Origin: Octopus bimaculoides
Taxonomy: Eukaryota
Assembly (NCBI RefSeq): GCF_001194135.2
Contig: NC_068981.1
Coordinates: 140,464,977 to 140,522,989 of the forward strand
Length of the DNA: 58,013 bases
Reading direction: 5' to 3'
Shown here: one piece after another, positions 12,880 to 25,193 of the stretch
Layout: every line of letters begins with the position of its first letter
How positions within the stretch are numbered: position 1 is the stretch's first letter
Translations under genes and position numbers: made by a program
The notes under the pieces: model-generated
What the model was told of the DNA's origin: nothing
What the model saw: only the letters and a program-made list of their open reading frames with translations
The model's database searches: none

Positions 12880-14640
12880 ATTTAGTCCAAACGACAGTAA
12901 CAGGGCAACGAGTCTACGATATAGTGTGTGTCATATGATACAAGGTGTGGTTTTTTTCCTAAGGGATTTGGGTTGGAGTGGGGTTGTGTCTGTTTTTTTT
13001 TATCCAAGTGGGCGATAGAGCACTTTTTGACCGATAGGTGGTCGACATGGAAATTTGGCGTGAAATGTCTGGGAAATATTGCCCTATATATACCAGTTTC
13101 AGTCACAATTGTACATCTGTAATCTTTGTTTTGAATTAAACACCGAACTAATAACGGACAATGAAATTTTATTCTACAATTGCCAATGAGAGCAGTACTG
13201 CTATTAATATTATTGATATTCATATTATTGTTATTATTATTATCAATATTATTATTATTACTACTACTATAATTATTATCAATATTATTATTATTGTTAT
13301 TATTACTACTTCCTTTACCTATAGTATCATTTAAATTCATTGCAGCACCATCAGGTACTGCAACAATAATACCTGCGCTAGTATAAACATTGGCATCACA
13401 CTTTATATTACATGTATTAGATCTCAACATATCCATTATTATTATCATAATTACAGGGGTTTAAATCATTACTGACAATGCAAGTATCATTATTAATTCC
13501 TCTTGCTAATTTTATTTTCCTTCTGTTAAACATGGTTATGATGTTACTTATATTGGGGAGGGTAGAATATACGATATTCTGATTGTCTTACGGGAAAATA
13601 TTCCATTATATCTACGGAATCCAGGGAAGCTTTTATCTAAACTTGCCACAAATTTAATACATATGCTGATAGATATAGCACAGTTGAAGGGAACATTATA
13701 CCAGACTATATTACTATTTCCATATATTTTATGTATACATGAGGGCGGAATATATCTATTCTTCTTCCGCCTCCCAAACTCACATCTAGATTATTAGTTA
13801 TGGCTACACTGTTGGTATTTATCTTATCATTAGAGGGTGACATAATACGCTCAGTAATCTTTCTACAATTATATAAAGTATTAATCTTATTTACCCTAGA
13901 TTCTTATTTTCCTATTGTTACGTATCTTATTCTTTGATTTAATAGGAGCGTTGGATGCTTTCACAGTCGGTTCGTTTTCCCGACCAAGTGGGCCTTATTC
14001 TCCTTCTCACTTAAATTCCCATTATTATTAGTAGTAGGTGTTATACTTTCTGGGTTAAGAAAAGTAATCTCATCGTTATAGTAATCTCCTTAAAGAGAGT
14101 CTTGAAAATGTTTATATTAGCTGATAATTTCATAATTCTTCTAGAAATACCTTTAACTACTGATTTTAATGTATTGGGGGATGATTAGAGAATTTGTTCT
14201 CATACCTCGTAACTTCATTAGGTTATCTAGGGGTGTAGTATAGGCTCGAGTTAATATCTAATGTAGTGTCTAAGACGTTAGCCACCTTGGTGCTATGTTC
14301 GAAAGTGAGTCCTAAGTTAAAGCTTCTGAAAAGCTTTCTAATTCTTTTCCTATTCTTTCTATGACTTATTTATTATTACTAGGAATAATGAATAAACCAT
14401 CATCTCTATGTAGACCGCCCTGCAATGCAGAGATTTCACTAATAAGGCACTTTAAGTGATACGCACCAACAAAATCAATAATTTGAGATGAATCGCTCGA
14501 GCCCATAACAATATCAAAATTATCAGGGTTGTCGGACCCCATCCATAACTTACCCTCGAAATCTATGATAGTCTTCCAAGCTAATAATGTCTATTTTCCC
14601 CTAGTTATGAGGGGGGATGTTTTCAGGCAAAATCGGGGAA
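12880..14640 (-). mobile_element. Degenerate 5'-truncated Penelope-like retroelement (RT, Cys-rich linker, GIY-YIG)
   Basis: Minus-strand remnants in the expected order: WMGSDNPDNFDIVMGSSD, GLHRDDGLF (about 14395-14418), NIVWYNVPF...IFSRKTIRISY, NCRIKFHCPLLVRCL, then YIG (13082-13090). Many stops and frameshifts. Confidence 0.85.
13203..13310. repeat. Degenerate (ATT)n tract inside the PLE linker
   Basis: Direct inspection; in frame as poly-Asn on the minus strand. Confidence 0.9.
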
Positions 14641-14660
14641 TTATTAAGGAGAATAGGAGA

Positions 14661-14900
14661 AAATGAATTACCATGGACTTAAAGAAACGTCTTAACCATA
14701 CAGATTTGTCATTTATCATCGCCTGTTATTTCCAGCACGCTACTATGCCATGGAAGTATTCGTTTTAGGAATTATGNNNNNNNNNNNNNNNNNNNNNNNN
14801 NNNNNNNNNNNNNNNNNNNNNNNNNNNNNNNNNNNNNNNNNNNNNNNNNNNNNNNNNNNNNNNNNNNNNNNNNNNNNNNNNNNNNNNNNNNNNNNNNNNN

Positions 14901-14944
<44 letters not shown>

Positions 14945-15583
14945 ATATATATATGTGCATATACATGTATATTTATATATATATATATGTATATATATTT
15001 ACATGTATATGAGTTCGTGTGTGTGTATGTGTGTGTGAGAGAGTGTGTGCGTGTGTTTGTGTGTGTGAGAGAGTGTGTGCGTGTGTTTGTGTGTGTAGCG
15101 TTTTTGTGTGTGTGGTGTGTATGTATTTATATACCTGTGAGAATATATACACACAACCAACAGAGCAATCCTCTTAGAAGTGATCGGTAAATCAGAACGC
15201 TTCAGCAAGTACCACATTCTCATGCTCCAATGGTGGATAGTTTTCTACTTAAAATTGTATCTACCAAAACATGTTAATTTGCTTGCCAAACTCGCTCGTC
15301 AATGATTCCTCAAGAACAAAATATTTCGCTGAAATTTCATGTCGCAAACCAAGTCGTGCTTAATCCTTTTAGCTAATAATTCGACTTAATATACTGAACT
15401 TTTGAAAAAGAATAGCAAAATAAATGAATAAATAAAAGCTATCTAACTTGTTGCACATTACAATGAAAATGAATTAGTATGGACTCAAAACAAACATCTT
15501 AACCGCATAGATTTGTCATTTCTTATCACCTGTTATTTCCAGCAAGCTAGTCTGTCATAGAAGTATTCGTTTTTGGAATTATG
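14661..15583 (+). repeat. Dispersed direct repeat of about 118 bp (14661-14776 and 15466-15583)
   Basis: Both copies read aaatgaatta..atggact..aaac.tcttaacc...agatttgtcattt...cctgttatttccagca.gcta...gaagtattcgtttt.ggaattatg. Confidence 0.85.
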
Positions 15584-16000
15584 CTTGTTATAATATAATC
15601 TATTTCTAGTGTATATGTTATCTCTCTTGTTTATTAAAGATGACTTCAATTCTAATGCACAGAAACATGTAATTAACCATTGGTGAATATTTTAATTAAT
15701 ATGAATTAAATTATAGCAATCCTTACTGATTACTGGACCATTGATAATAATTTATAAATCCAATTTACAGATCAATTTTAATGAATATTTCACAAATATT
15801 CAATTACGTTCGTAACAAATAAAACAGATGAAGCAATGTTATAAGGAACCTATTCCATTGACACTCATTCTCATTATAATAACTGGAGTGATAATGCAGT
15901 TTGCGTCATTCGCTGAATACCCATCTGGACACGATGCAGATTGTGCATACACGCGTCCAAAATTACGCTATTTGTTTATTCTATTTATTCGAGCAAAATT

Positions 16001-16065
<65 letters not shown>

Positions 16066-16072
16066 ATACTAC
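16001..16072. repeat. (TAC)n microsatellite
   Basis: Direct inspection. Confidence 0.95.
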
Positions 16073-16353
16073 ACATATGTGGATACATATAATATAGTTA
16101 TATAAACATACACATATACATATATACATACAGACATATATTTATGCATACATATCTATATATATGTGTATATATATATANNNNNNNNNNNNNNNNNNNN
16201 NNNNNNNNNNNNNNNNNNNNNNNNNNNNNNNNNNNNNNNNNNNNNNNNNNNNNNNNNNNNNNNNNNNNNNNNNNNNNNNNNNNNNNNNNNNNNNNNNNNN
16301 NNNNNNNNNNNNNNNNNNNNNNNNNNNNNNNNNNNNNNNNNNNNNNNNNNNNN

Positions 16354-16397
<44 letters not shown>

Positions 16398-16823
16398 GAG
16401 ACATATATGTATATATGTATATAATATAGGAGGTGCTTCGGTGGTCTGGTCCTAAAGATTTAATCCATGTTTAATACTGGTAGACGTCTCTATTAAGTCA
16501 AATCTATTTGGCGATAACATTTCTTAAAGTCTCCCTATCCAAACTTTGAACAAAGTTGTCTCTGTCACGTATTGAACATTTACAGCATACAAAGAAATTT
16601 ACTATATTTTTTCATACTGTTGTTGTGTTAAAAACGTACGGTTATTTGTACAGTGAAGGAAAGCTGTACTACACTTGCACCTAAGCTAATGCGGACGTAA
16701 ATGAATATGAGAAAGTTTAACTGCATCTCCAATGTTAAGTGGAAATATTAAAATAATGAAAATGGAAAGACACTTAGGAGAACACGATGGCTTTCCTCAA
16801 AGCATAACTGAATTGTCTTATAG

Positions 16824-19206
16824 CAGCGCTTCTTAAATTATGGGTAGCGTCCCAATTTAGGGTCACGAAGCAAGATGCTGGGGTCACGAAAATTAAGTTC
16901 AAGCACATCAATTTCAGTTTATAAGTTATTTCACAAACACACAATATTTAACGTGATGCTTCACGCAAGCGCTGCGGTAATAAAACGCACGTGCGGCGCC
17001 GTTGCGAGTTGTGCAGTGACAGCGTATGTAGTTGGTTGATTGTGTTCATCTTAATATGTGTATACATAATAATACATGTTAATGTTTCATTCTATTAAGA
17101 TCAGTATTTGCATAATTTCATAATAAATATTTTATGAAACGTTATTTGATTTATATTTCAAAATTAAAATATTTTTACTCATTAATATATGGCTGAACTT
17201 TAGTAACAGAAATAATGACACAGATAGCAATGCTACAAAATCTGTTCAAGCAGGGCCTAGTAATCAGAGAGAGGCACATAAGATGCGAAAACGAAAATAC
17301 GATGAGGCATTTCTCCAATTTAGTTTTTCTTTTAATAATAGCGATGGTATGGAACAACCTCTTTGTTTAATTTGCAATAACGTTTTGGCCGTGGAAAGTA
17401 TGAAACCCTCAATATAACAAAATGCCTCTTGAATCCAAACATCACTCATACGTCAATAAACTAAAGATATATTTTAACAGACTCTTTATATCTTCAAATA
17501 TAGAAACAAAATTTTGAGAAATTTATGACTATAAACGAAAAATATTTATTAGCGTCATATGAAGTTTCATATCTAATTGCTAAAAATAAAAAGTCATGCA
17601 CCAATGGGGAAGAACTTTTATTACCTACTGCGATGAAGATGGTAGAAATACTCTGCGTAAGTAAATATGGTGATGAAATTCGGAAAATTCCTTTTTCGAA
17701 CGACACTGTCGCTAATGAAATTAGCGGCGATCACTTTGAACAACTTATTATTATACTTAAATAAAACCGAACGACTGATGTTTCAAAAATAGTTCAATTG
17801 TTAGTATACGTCAGATACATTTATAAAGAAAACGCCAATGAAGAACTGCTATTTTGTCATCCTTTGAAAGAATATACAAAAAGGAAAGATATATATAGTA
17901 ACGTTAACGATTTCTTTTTAAACTGTGTTTGGAAAGGAAAATTGTATTGATGTAGGCATAAATGATGCAAAAGCGATGATGGTCGAAAATATTGGTTTTA
18001 AATCGTTTGTTAAAGCTGCTGGTAATAATCATATAACTTTTACAAAGTGCACGATGTTCCATCGAGAGGCCCTTGTAGTAAAACAAACTGGCCCCGGAAC
18101 TAAATGATGTCCTTCAGGATGTTATCAAAATTATAAACTTTATTAAAAACTGTGCCTTTAACAACCGTTTATTTTCAAATATCTTAAAGACATGGTCTCA
18201 GAATACAAAAACTTATTATTACACAGACAAGTAAGGTGGCTGTCAAGAGGGCGAAGTTTAAACTGATTATTGTTGTTAAAAGACAAGATTATTATATTTA
18301 ACCGAACAAAAATCTTATCTTGCTGCTCTTTTACAAAATGATTTATGGTTTTCAAATTTATGCTATTTGTCAGATATTTTTGAGAAACTAAACAATCTCA
18401 ACTTGTCTCGTCAAGGAATGAAAACTGATATATTTACTTCGAATGATAAAATTGAGGGTTTTATTAAAAAGATCAACATTTGGAAGAATAGGGTAAAAAA
18501 TGATTCATTCGAAATGTAAAAATTTAATTGCAACAATTATTATGGACCACTTAAATACCCTAGAAACAAATACTTCATATCGAATTTTAATTTCAAAAAG
18601 TATTGGATTCAGAAATCATTTTCAATTGACATTGATGATATTAATCATGTGCCATATAAAGTCCAAGAGGACTTCGCTGTGCTATCGAGTGACTCAAACG
18701 TGAAACTTGAATTTTAAAAAATTCTTTAACCGAATTCTGGATGGGAGCTAAAGCTGAATTTCCCACAATTTTTGAAATGGCATTACATGTTCTTTTGTCA
18801 CTTAGCACCACATATCTATGTGAAACGGCTTTTTCAGCTTTAGCTCTTATTAAATCCAAATATTGTTCAACAGAAGATGCTTTACGTCCAGCAGTGTCAA
18901 ATATCACGCCGAGGTTTAATTTGTTATGCAACATAAAACAAGCACATCCGTCTCATTGGTTTTTACTTTGGCTTATTTATTTATCTTTTACTGTTGTTTA
19001 TTTATTTCTGTACTTGAAACAAATCCTAAAACTACTTTTATTTTGACAAATAATATAACTACTTTTTTAAATGTATATTGTTCAGCACAACGATAATTTG
19101 TATATGTATTTATTTGTATGATTTATTTTATATTTAATACTCGGGGTCGCGAAAAATCTCTTCATGAAAAATGAGGTAATGAAGGAAAAAGGTTTAAGAA
19201 GCGCTG
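16824..19206 (+). mobile_element. Full-length, inactivated hAT (Buster subfamily) DNA transposon
   Basis: 14-bp TIR CAGCGCTTCTTAAA at both ends and a perfect 8-bp TSD TCTTATAG (16816-16823 and 19207-19214) with central TA. Transposase remnants include RKYDEAFL..PLCLIC, LLASYEVSYLIAK, TTDVS, CTMFHREAL, VRWLSRG, STTYLCETAFS and HPSH. Confidence 0.95.
17200..18960 (+). pseudogene. Buster-type hAT transposase pseudogene
   Basis: Motif remnants are split across ORFs 17525-17764, 17925-18107 and 18741-19046 by stops and frameshifts. Confidence 0.88.
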
Positions 19207-21057
19207 TCTTATAGGAACTATGCAGAATATGCATGGAAATAATATAGTAAATGTATGAACTGATCTATAAAAGACGAAATAGGAACGTATAAGATCAGTG
19301 ACATCCGTGCAGCAGCCACATTATATATTTTCTTATACACTTTAGGGAAGTTTGAAGTAGAATACAAGTATGCACCGTGAAATGTCGATCTACACACGTA
19401 TAGAAAAATTTTAAAAATCAATACGTAAAAATCACTAATAAATTAATGGAAAAATAATGCGTTCTCGAGACAAAACAACTCCGAGGTCAAAAGATTCATT
19501 CTAACTAAAAAATGGAATCCATAGTTATTTAAACTTGAATTGGTTTTCTGGGTAAAAGAAACAGATCATACTGATCGCTTGCATAGTAAAATGTACTTAT
19601 CAAATAACAGGTGAGAGTAAAGTAGAAAGCATTGGAATCATGGAGACATTTCATTTGTTGCCGAACAGGGTTAAAGGTAATACGACACGTGAAAAAGTCA
19701 AAATGTAGCAACTATGTCAAATGCAGAAAAAGTAATACAATACAAAAAACAAATTAGGAAAGTTTTGACAGGTGGTGAAAATGTTAAACTGCACATCAAG
19801 TTACTTTGAAAATACTAAAATGATTAAGAGTACGACTAATATCTTGATAATAAAAGCATTACAGGAAAAAATACTTATACAGACGAGGATACGTTAAAAG
19901 ATGCAGTTGAGTCACACACGAATAGAATAGAATCTGGAATATCACTAGAAAAATTGGCAATGTTAGCCGTGCTGAAAACAAAATATTTACTGTATTTAAA
20001 TTACATATATCAAATGCGTACACACAAAATATATACTTAATACAAAACAATGCATTTCTGCAAATAGAATGCAATATGAAATTACACGAATACAAAAATA
20101 TTGCATAAAAATTTAAAAAAATTAAAGTTATTTAACATAAATATCTGAATGCTAGAACTTGTCCTCTTCTTAATGCGTAAAAAATCTATAATAATTAATG
20201 GACAAAGCTTCGAATATCTGAAAAGATAATTCCTTAAGGCGTATTTAAGAGCTAAACAACAAAATGAAACACTTGCAAATAAATGTGTTGTCAAGGTTTT
20301 TAAAAGGAAAATCTGTGTCCACATTATACAACTATTAGGAGGTAAGTAGAATTAGATAAATCAAAATTTTATCTCTCGTATTGATGCCCCAGATCCATAA
20401 ATGGAAACAAATATAGTTCAAAGTAATTGCCTAATTAAGTGTACTATTAGAATGTATGTACACTAAACGGAGACAATCCATAACAATCTATCTTGAAGAA
20501 ATTGCATGACAGGTACGTAAATTCAAAAACATTGAAAACATATTTAAGAATAGTGATAAAGAATACTAGTCACGCCAAAATTAGATTAACTTAAGTGTCC
20601 AGTACAATCTGTAACTTCTCATATGGTTAGATGTAAATAGAAAATGTAACTCTAAAATAACGTGAGCGCCTTCCATAATCTACGAAAAGCATGCAACAAA
20701 ACTAATTATAAATGTCAGCTACATTGTTTGGGTCTATACATTTGCATATAAACGTATAAGTAACATCACAGTGTTCTGGGACAAACATACTAGAATCGGT
20801 GCAGAATATGCAAGGAAATAATTTAGTTAAATTCACACTCTTAGATACTGAAACTTTCCCATACCAACATGATGATATCACACAACTAATGATATTCAGG
20901 AAAGAAGTATCTCATAATCCCTGAAGCTATTTAAAAATACTCTTTAAAATAATTCAGAAACATAGTTATTTATTGTAGAGTGAAGCACGGGACTAAAGGC
21001 ACTTTATGGCGAAAAGTAGACGTAGTTTTCTATAGAATTGAAGTCACAAATAATATT

Positions 21058-21265
21058 GGTTTAAAATTTTGCCTCAAAGCCAGTAATTTCAAGGGAGGAG
21101 TAAGTCGATTACAACGAGCGCAGTGTTCACCTGGCATTTATTATGTAGACAGCAAAAGGATAAAAGGCAAAGTCGACCTTGATGGAATTCGAACTCAGAA
21201 CGTGAAGACGGACGAAAGCCTCGAAGCAATTTGCTCGGTATGCTAACGATTTTGTCAGCTTCCAG
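21058..21265 (-). mobile_element. SINE family B-related copy (degenerate)
   Basis: Reverse complement contains ttctgagttcgaattccatcaaggtcgactttgcctttt, matching 32590-32640. Confidence 0.75.
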
Positions 21266-21284
21266 CGTAGGTCATGAAGAATTT

Positions 21285-21500
21285 TGGTTTCGAATTTTGG
21301 CAGAAGGCCAGCAGTTTAGAGGAAAGGGGTAAGATGATCACATCGACCCTACTGTTCACATGTTATTTATTTTATCGACCTCGAAAGGATGAAAGCGAAA
21401 CCAATCTCGCCGGAATTTGAACGTAGGACGTAAAGACGAACTAAATGCCACTAAGCATTTTGCCTGGAAAAACTAAATATTCGGCCATATCACCGCTTAA
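21285..21500 (-). mobile_element. Second tandem SINE family B-related copy (degenerate)
   Basis: Reverse complement contains cgttcaaattccggcgag...ttcatcctttcgaggtcgataaaataa. Confidence 0.7.
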
Positions 21501-23434
21501 GTCGTGCATAATATCTTAAAGCGTATGTAGATTGACAAACTGTATGGAACGTACAGTAAAGCAATAGATGAGCAAATAATACAAGTGGGGAAAACTGAAG
21601 ATGTGATACGGAGTATAGTAGAATAGGTTACGTCAATATCAGATCGAATAAATACGAAGATGTTACAAGAATCCACCAACTTGTAAAAAGTGGGAAATAG
21701 AAAAAAATGTTGAAACAGTTAATATATTAGAAATATCTGTGAATGTATATTCATGTGAAATGATCCCTGGAAAATATATTCCTTAATGAACATGTGGAAA
21801 AATGAGAATGGCGGCAACGACAACGGATCGACTTTGTGAAAGTTATACGAGACACAATAGTTGCTAATATGAATGGAAAATATATTCCTGAATGGTCATA
21901 TTTGAAGGCGTAACTGTCAATCTATAAACTTAGGTAAGCGAAGAAACTGAACAAGAATAGAAATAGAATACAGCGAATGAAAATCATGCATTGCATTGCC
22001 AGTCTGAATCCCATAAATCTGCCGTTTTCAAGACAATAAATTCATATATTTCTAAAATACAAATTTGATGAATATATGAATTATTGATGTGAAGCTAGAA
22101 AATATCTAAACAATCCACTATAAGATATTGAGAAAATACAATCATCGGATTGTCTTTAAAAGTCATGAAGATTGCCCTAAATAAAATTGGTTGTTTCGCC
22201 CGGAGCCCGATTGTAATTGACCAATAAAATCACGGATAGAATTGAAAATATTTTCCAGAGGAGAAAATTGCTTTGTTGTTGGGGCTGCAGTTGTTCAAAC
22301 GTGTAAATTTATGGAAAAAATAATTCAAACTTGACCATGCCTATTTTCTAAGACGGAATATGCCCCAAACTATCTCAGCTAGTGTCTCAGGTATTATGAT
22401 GGATGCGAGATTTTTAAGGGTGATTATAGTGTCAAAACTAGCAAGCCGAAGAGTAGGAAACGCTCCTTTATTAGCTTGTGAACAAAGCGTAATACTTATT
22501 ATTAAAGAACCGACTAGAAATGTGCAAACATACTGAACTACACTTCCTACAGGTTAAACGATTCTTTATAAGATCATTGCTGGTTGTATCAATTGCAATT
22601 ATTCAGCGCACAATTAGTGGAATACTCAGTTTTTTCTTTAACTTTCCAAATCAATACGAAATAAATTTCAACATGATTAATATTTTTTGATTCTCTTTTC
22701 TTTATCCAATAATGTTAGTAATTATTCTCAATCCAATAAAGTTAATAATTATTCTGGTAAATTCTGATTCCGTATTAAATCTTGCGGAATTTTCTACGAT
22801 AAGATTTCGAAGTAAATTATATGGCGTACTAACATTGCCGGCATAATAAATTCTTTTAGCTAACAGTTGCAATATTCAAACATAAATAGGGAATAAATTT
22901 CGATAGCACGTGATATTCTTAGCAACATAACGAAGATGAAGATAAAATACAGTACTCATAATAATCTTCCAAAAATAGATTAAGGCTTCTATTCGTCACA
23001 CCAAAAGTGTGTTCATCATTTTCCAATTGGTAATCATATAAAACAAAGACAAAACAAAATTACGTAAGCTCTTCCAAACGCACCTGATCGGGCAGTTGAT
23101 ACACACACAGACACACACACACGCACACACACACACATAAGCACACAACTACACAAGTACTCACATGCATGTAGAAATTTGCGTATGTCTGTGAATAGAA
23201 ATGTACATATACATTTTTATATACAGACATATATAATAGTTCTTCAAACCGATTTTCTTTGTCTCCACTTTGCATAAAACTCCAAAATGGGGATGAATAC
23301 CAATTTTCCTTCGTGAACGACTGAAAGTATTTTCTTGATATGAAAACAATGATAGACATAATGCAAAGACAAAGAGCCTCCATCCACCAATGCGGTGTTG
23401 AGCACTCATTCTCAGTGTTCGACATGTACGTACG

Positions 23435-23532
<98 letters not shown>

Positions 23533-24529
23533 CANNNNNNNNNNNNNNNNNNNNNNNNNNNNNNNNNNNNNNNNNNNNNNNNNNNNNNNNNNNNNNNNNN
23601 NNNNNNNNNNNNNNNNNNNNNNNNNNNNNNNNNNNNNNNNNNNNNNNNNNNNNNNNNNNNNNNNNNNNNNNNNNNNNNNNNNNNNNNNNNNNNNNNNNNN
23701 NNNNNNNNNNNNNNNNNNNNNNNNNNNNNNNNNNNNNNNNNNNNNNNNNNNNNNNNNNNNNNNNNNNNNNNNNNNNNNNNNNNNNNNNNNNNNNNNNNNN
23801 NNNNNNNNNNNNNNNNNNNNNNNNNNNNNNNNNNNNNNNNNNNNNNNNNNNNNNNNNNNNNNNNNNNNNNNNNNNNNACCACCATATATCGATAGAAGGC
23901 TAGAAACAATAAAGCATACAACATCATTATTGAAACTTTACCTTTGCTCACTAAGTATTAACCACATTCTACAAACACACAAATTTATACAATGGAAAAA
24001 ACAATACAGAGAGACGTTCGGGGAGCTTCCCACCAAACTTCAAGCTCTTCCTATATAGCAATGCGAGGAAAAAATTCCTATACAAGAACAATTAAATTGA
24101 AACCTCACCTGAATATGAGCTTATTACCGATTTTGGATTTTAAAAATACTTTAATTCAAGAAGGTATAACCCAATTTTGTAGATATTTAATTTCACTATT
24201 TTAACTCATACGTTTATAACTTCGTAATATAGAGACTATAAATTTTTACTCCACCAGCCTGCCCCCACAAAAATGTGAACCCCGCCCCAAAAAGCGTAAT
24301 TACCGCCCCTGATTCGAAAAATGACAATCACCAATTAACTCTCCTTAGATTTTTCTACATTTGAAGCAAAGTCTGATACAAGCAACGCGGACTAAAACCT
24401 CCTTAAGATAATACGAAATCGCAATATTTTCAACAATTTTCCCGTCAAGACTAGCGAATCGGAATACCGGTAGATTATTTTTTGAAATATATAAAAAATA
24501 TATAAATTATATGCATTTTACTTCTTTTG

Positions 24530-24726
24530 TTATATATATATATTTTTTTCAGTTCTGTGTTTCAGAGATGAGCAACTATTTACATTATTTACATTTGACG
24601 GATATTTGTCCTTATCTTGTTTGTTGTTAACACAAAGTTTTGGCTGATATCCCCTCCAACCATCATCAGGCGTCTTGGGCAAATTTCGAACCTCTGTTCT
24701 CATTGCTAAGGTATTTTTCGATGTTG

Positions 24727-24793
<67 letters not shown>
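24530..24793 (-). mobile_element. Headless copy of the (AAT)n-hammerhead SINE-like element
   Basis: Reverse complement is homologous to 24990-25190 from the (AAT)n tract through the hammerhead to the gtaaataatgtaaata tail. It carries an extra 3' extension of about 35 bp. Confidence 0.85.
24629..24674 (-). ncRNA. Minimal type I hammerhead ribozyme motif, probably inactive (G12A)
   Basis: gacgc-CUGAUGA-u-gguug/cagcc (stem II)-AAAA (GAAA mutated)-cuuu-guguu. Confidence 0.65.
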
Positions 24794-24912
24794 GTTTTCT
24801 TCTTCTTTCTCCAAATTTTCTTCCATTTCTTGCCGAGTGTTTTCCGTACACCTAGGGCAGAAAAGCTCATTGTATGCATTCCCAGTTTACACACTCTTTT
24901 CCACTACGGTAC

Positions 24913-25193
24913 GGGCATATCGCGTAGTGGTTAAAAGTGCAGGCTACAATCCCCAAGATTCCAGGCTCGATTCCAGATAGTGATCTGAATAATAATAATG
25001 ATAATAATAATAATAATAATAATGATAATATTAACATCAAAAAATTCCTTAAGAATGGGAACCCAGGTGCGAAATTTCCCCAAGACGCCTAATGAAGGCT
25101 GGAGGGTATATCAGCCGAAACGTTGTGTTAGCCACAAACAAGATGAGCACAAATATCCGTCAAACGTAAATAATGTAAATAATGTATTTTTTT
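24913..25193 (+). mobile_element. tRNA-headed SINE-like element with an (AAT)n middle and a PLE-type hammerhead tail
   Basis: A-box-like tcgcgtagtgg (24920-24930), B-box-like ggctcgattcc (24964-24974), (AAT)n at 24988-25030, hammerhead at 25084-25129, short gtaaataat repeats and a T7 run (25187-25193). Confidence 0.8.
25084..25129 (+). ncRNA. Minimal type I hammerhead ribozyme motif (G5A variant)
   Basis: Stem I gacgc/guguu, core CUAAUGA, stem II ggcug/cagcc, GAAA, palindromic ACGU stem III and GUU triplet. Confidence 0.7.

Noticed and set aside
12882-13448. Asn-rich 188-aa host protein
   Set aside because: It is explained by the PLE linker/GIY-YIG remnant plus (AAT)n.
23258-23327. Minus-strand exon open in all three frames
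   Set aside because: It is short, has a weak donor (gtttga), and has no recognisable product.
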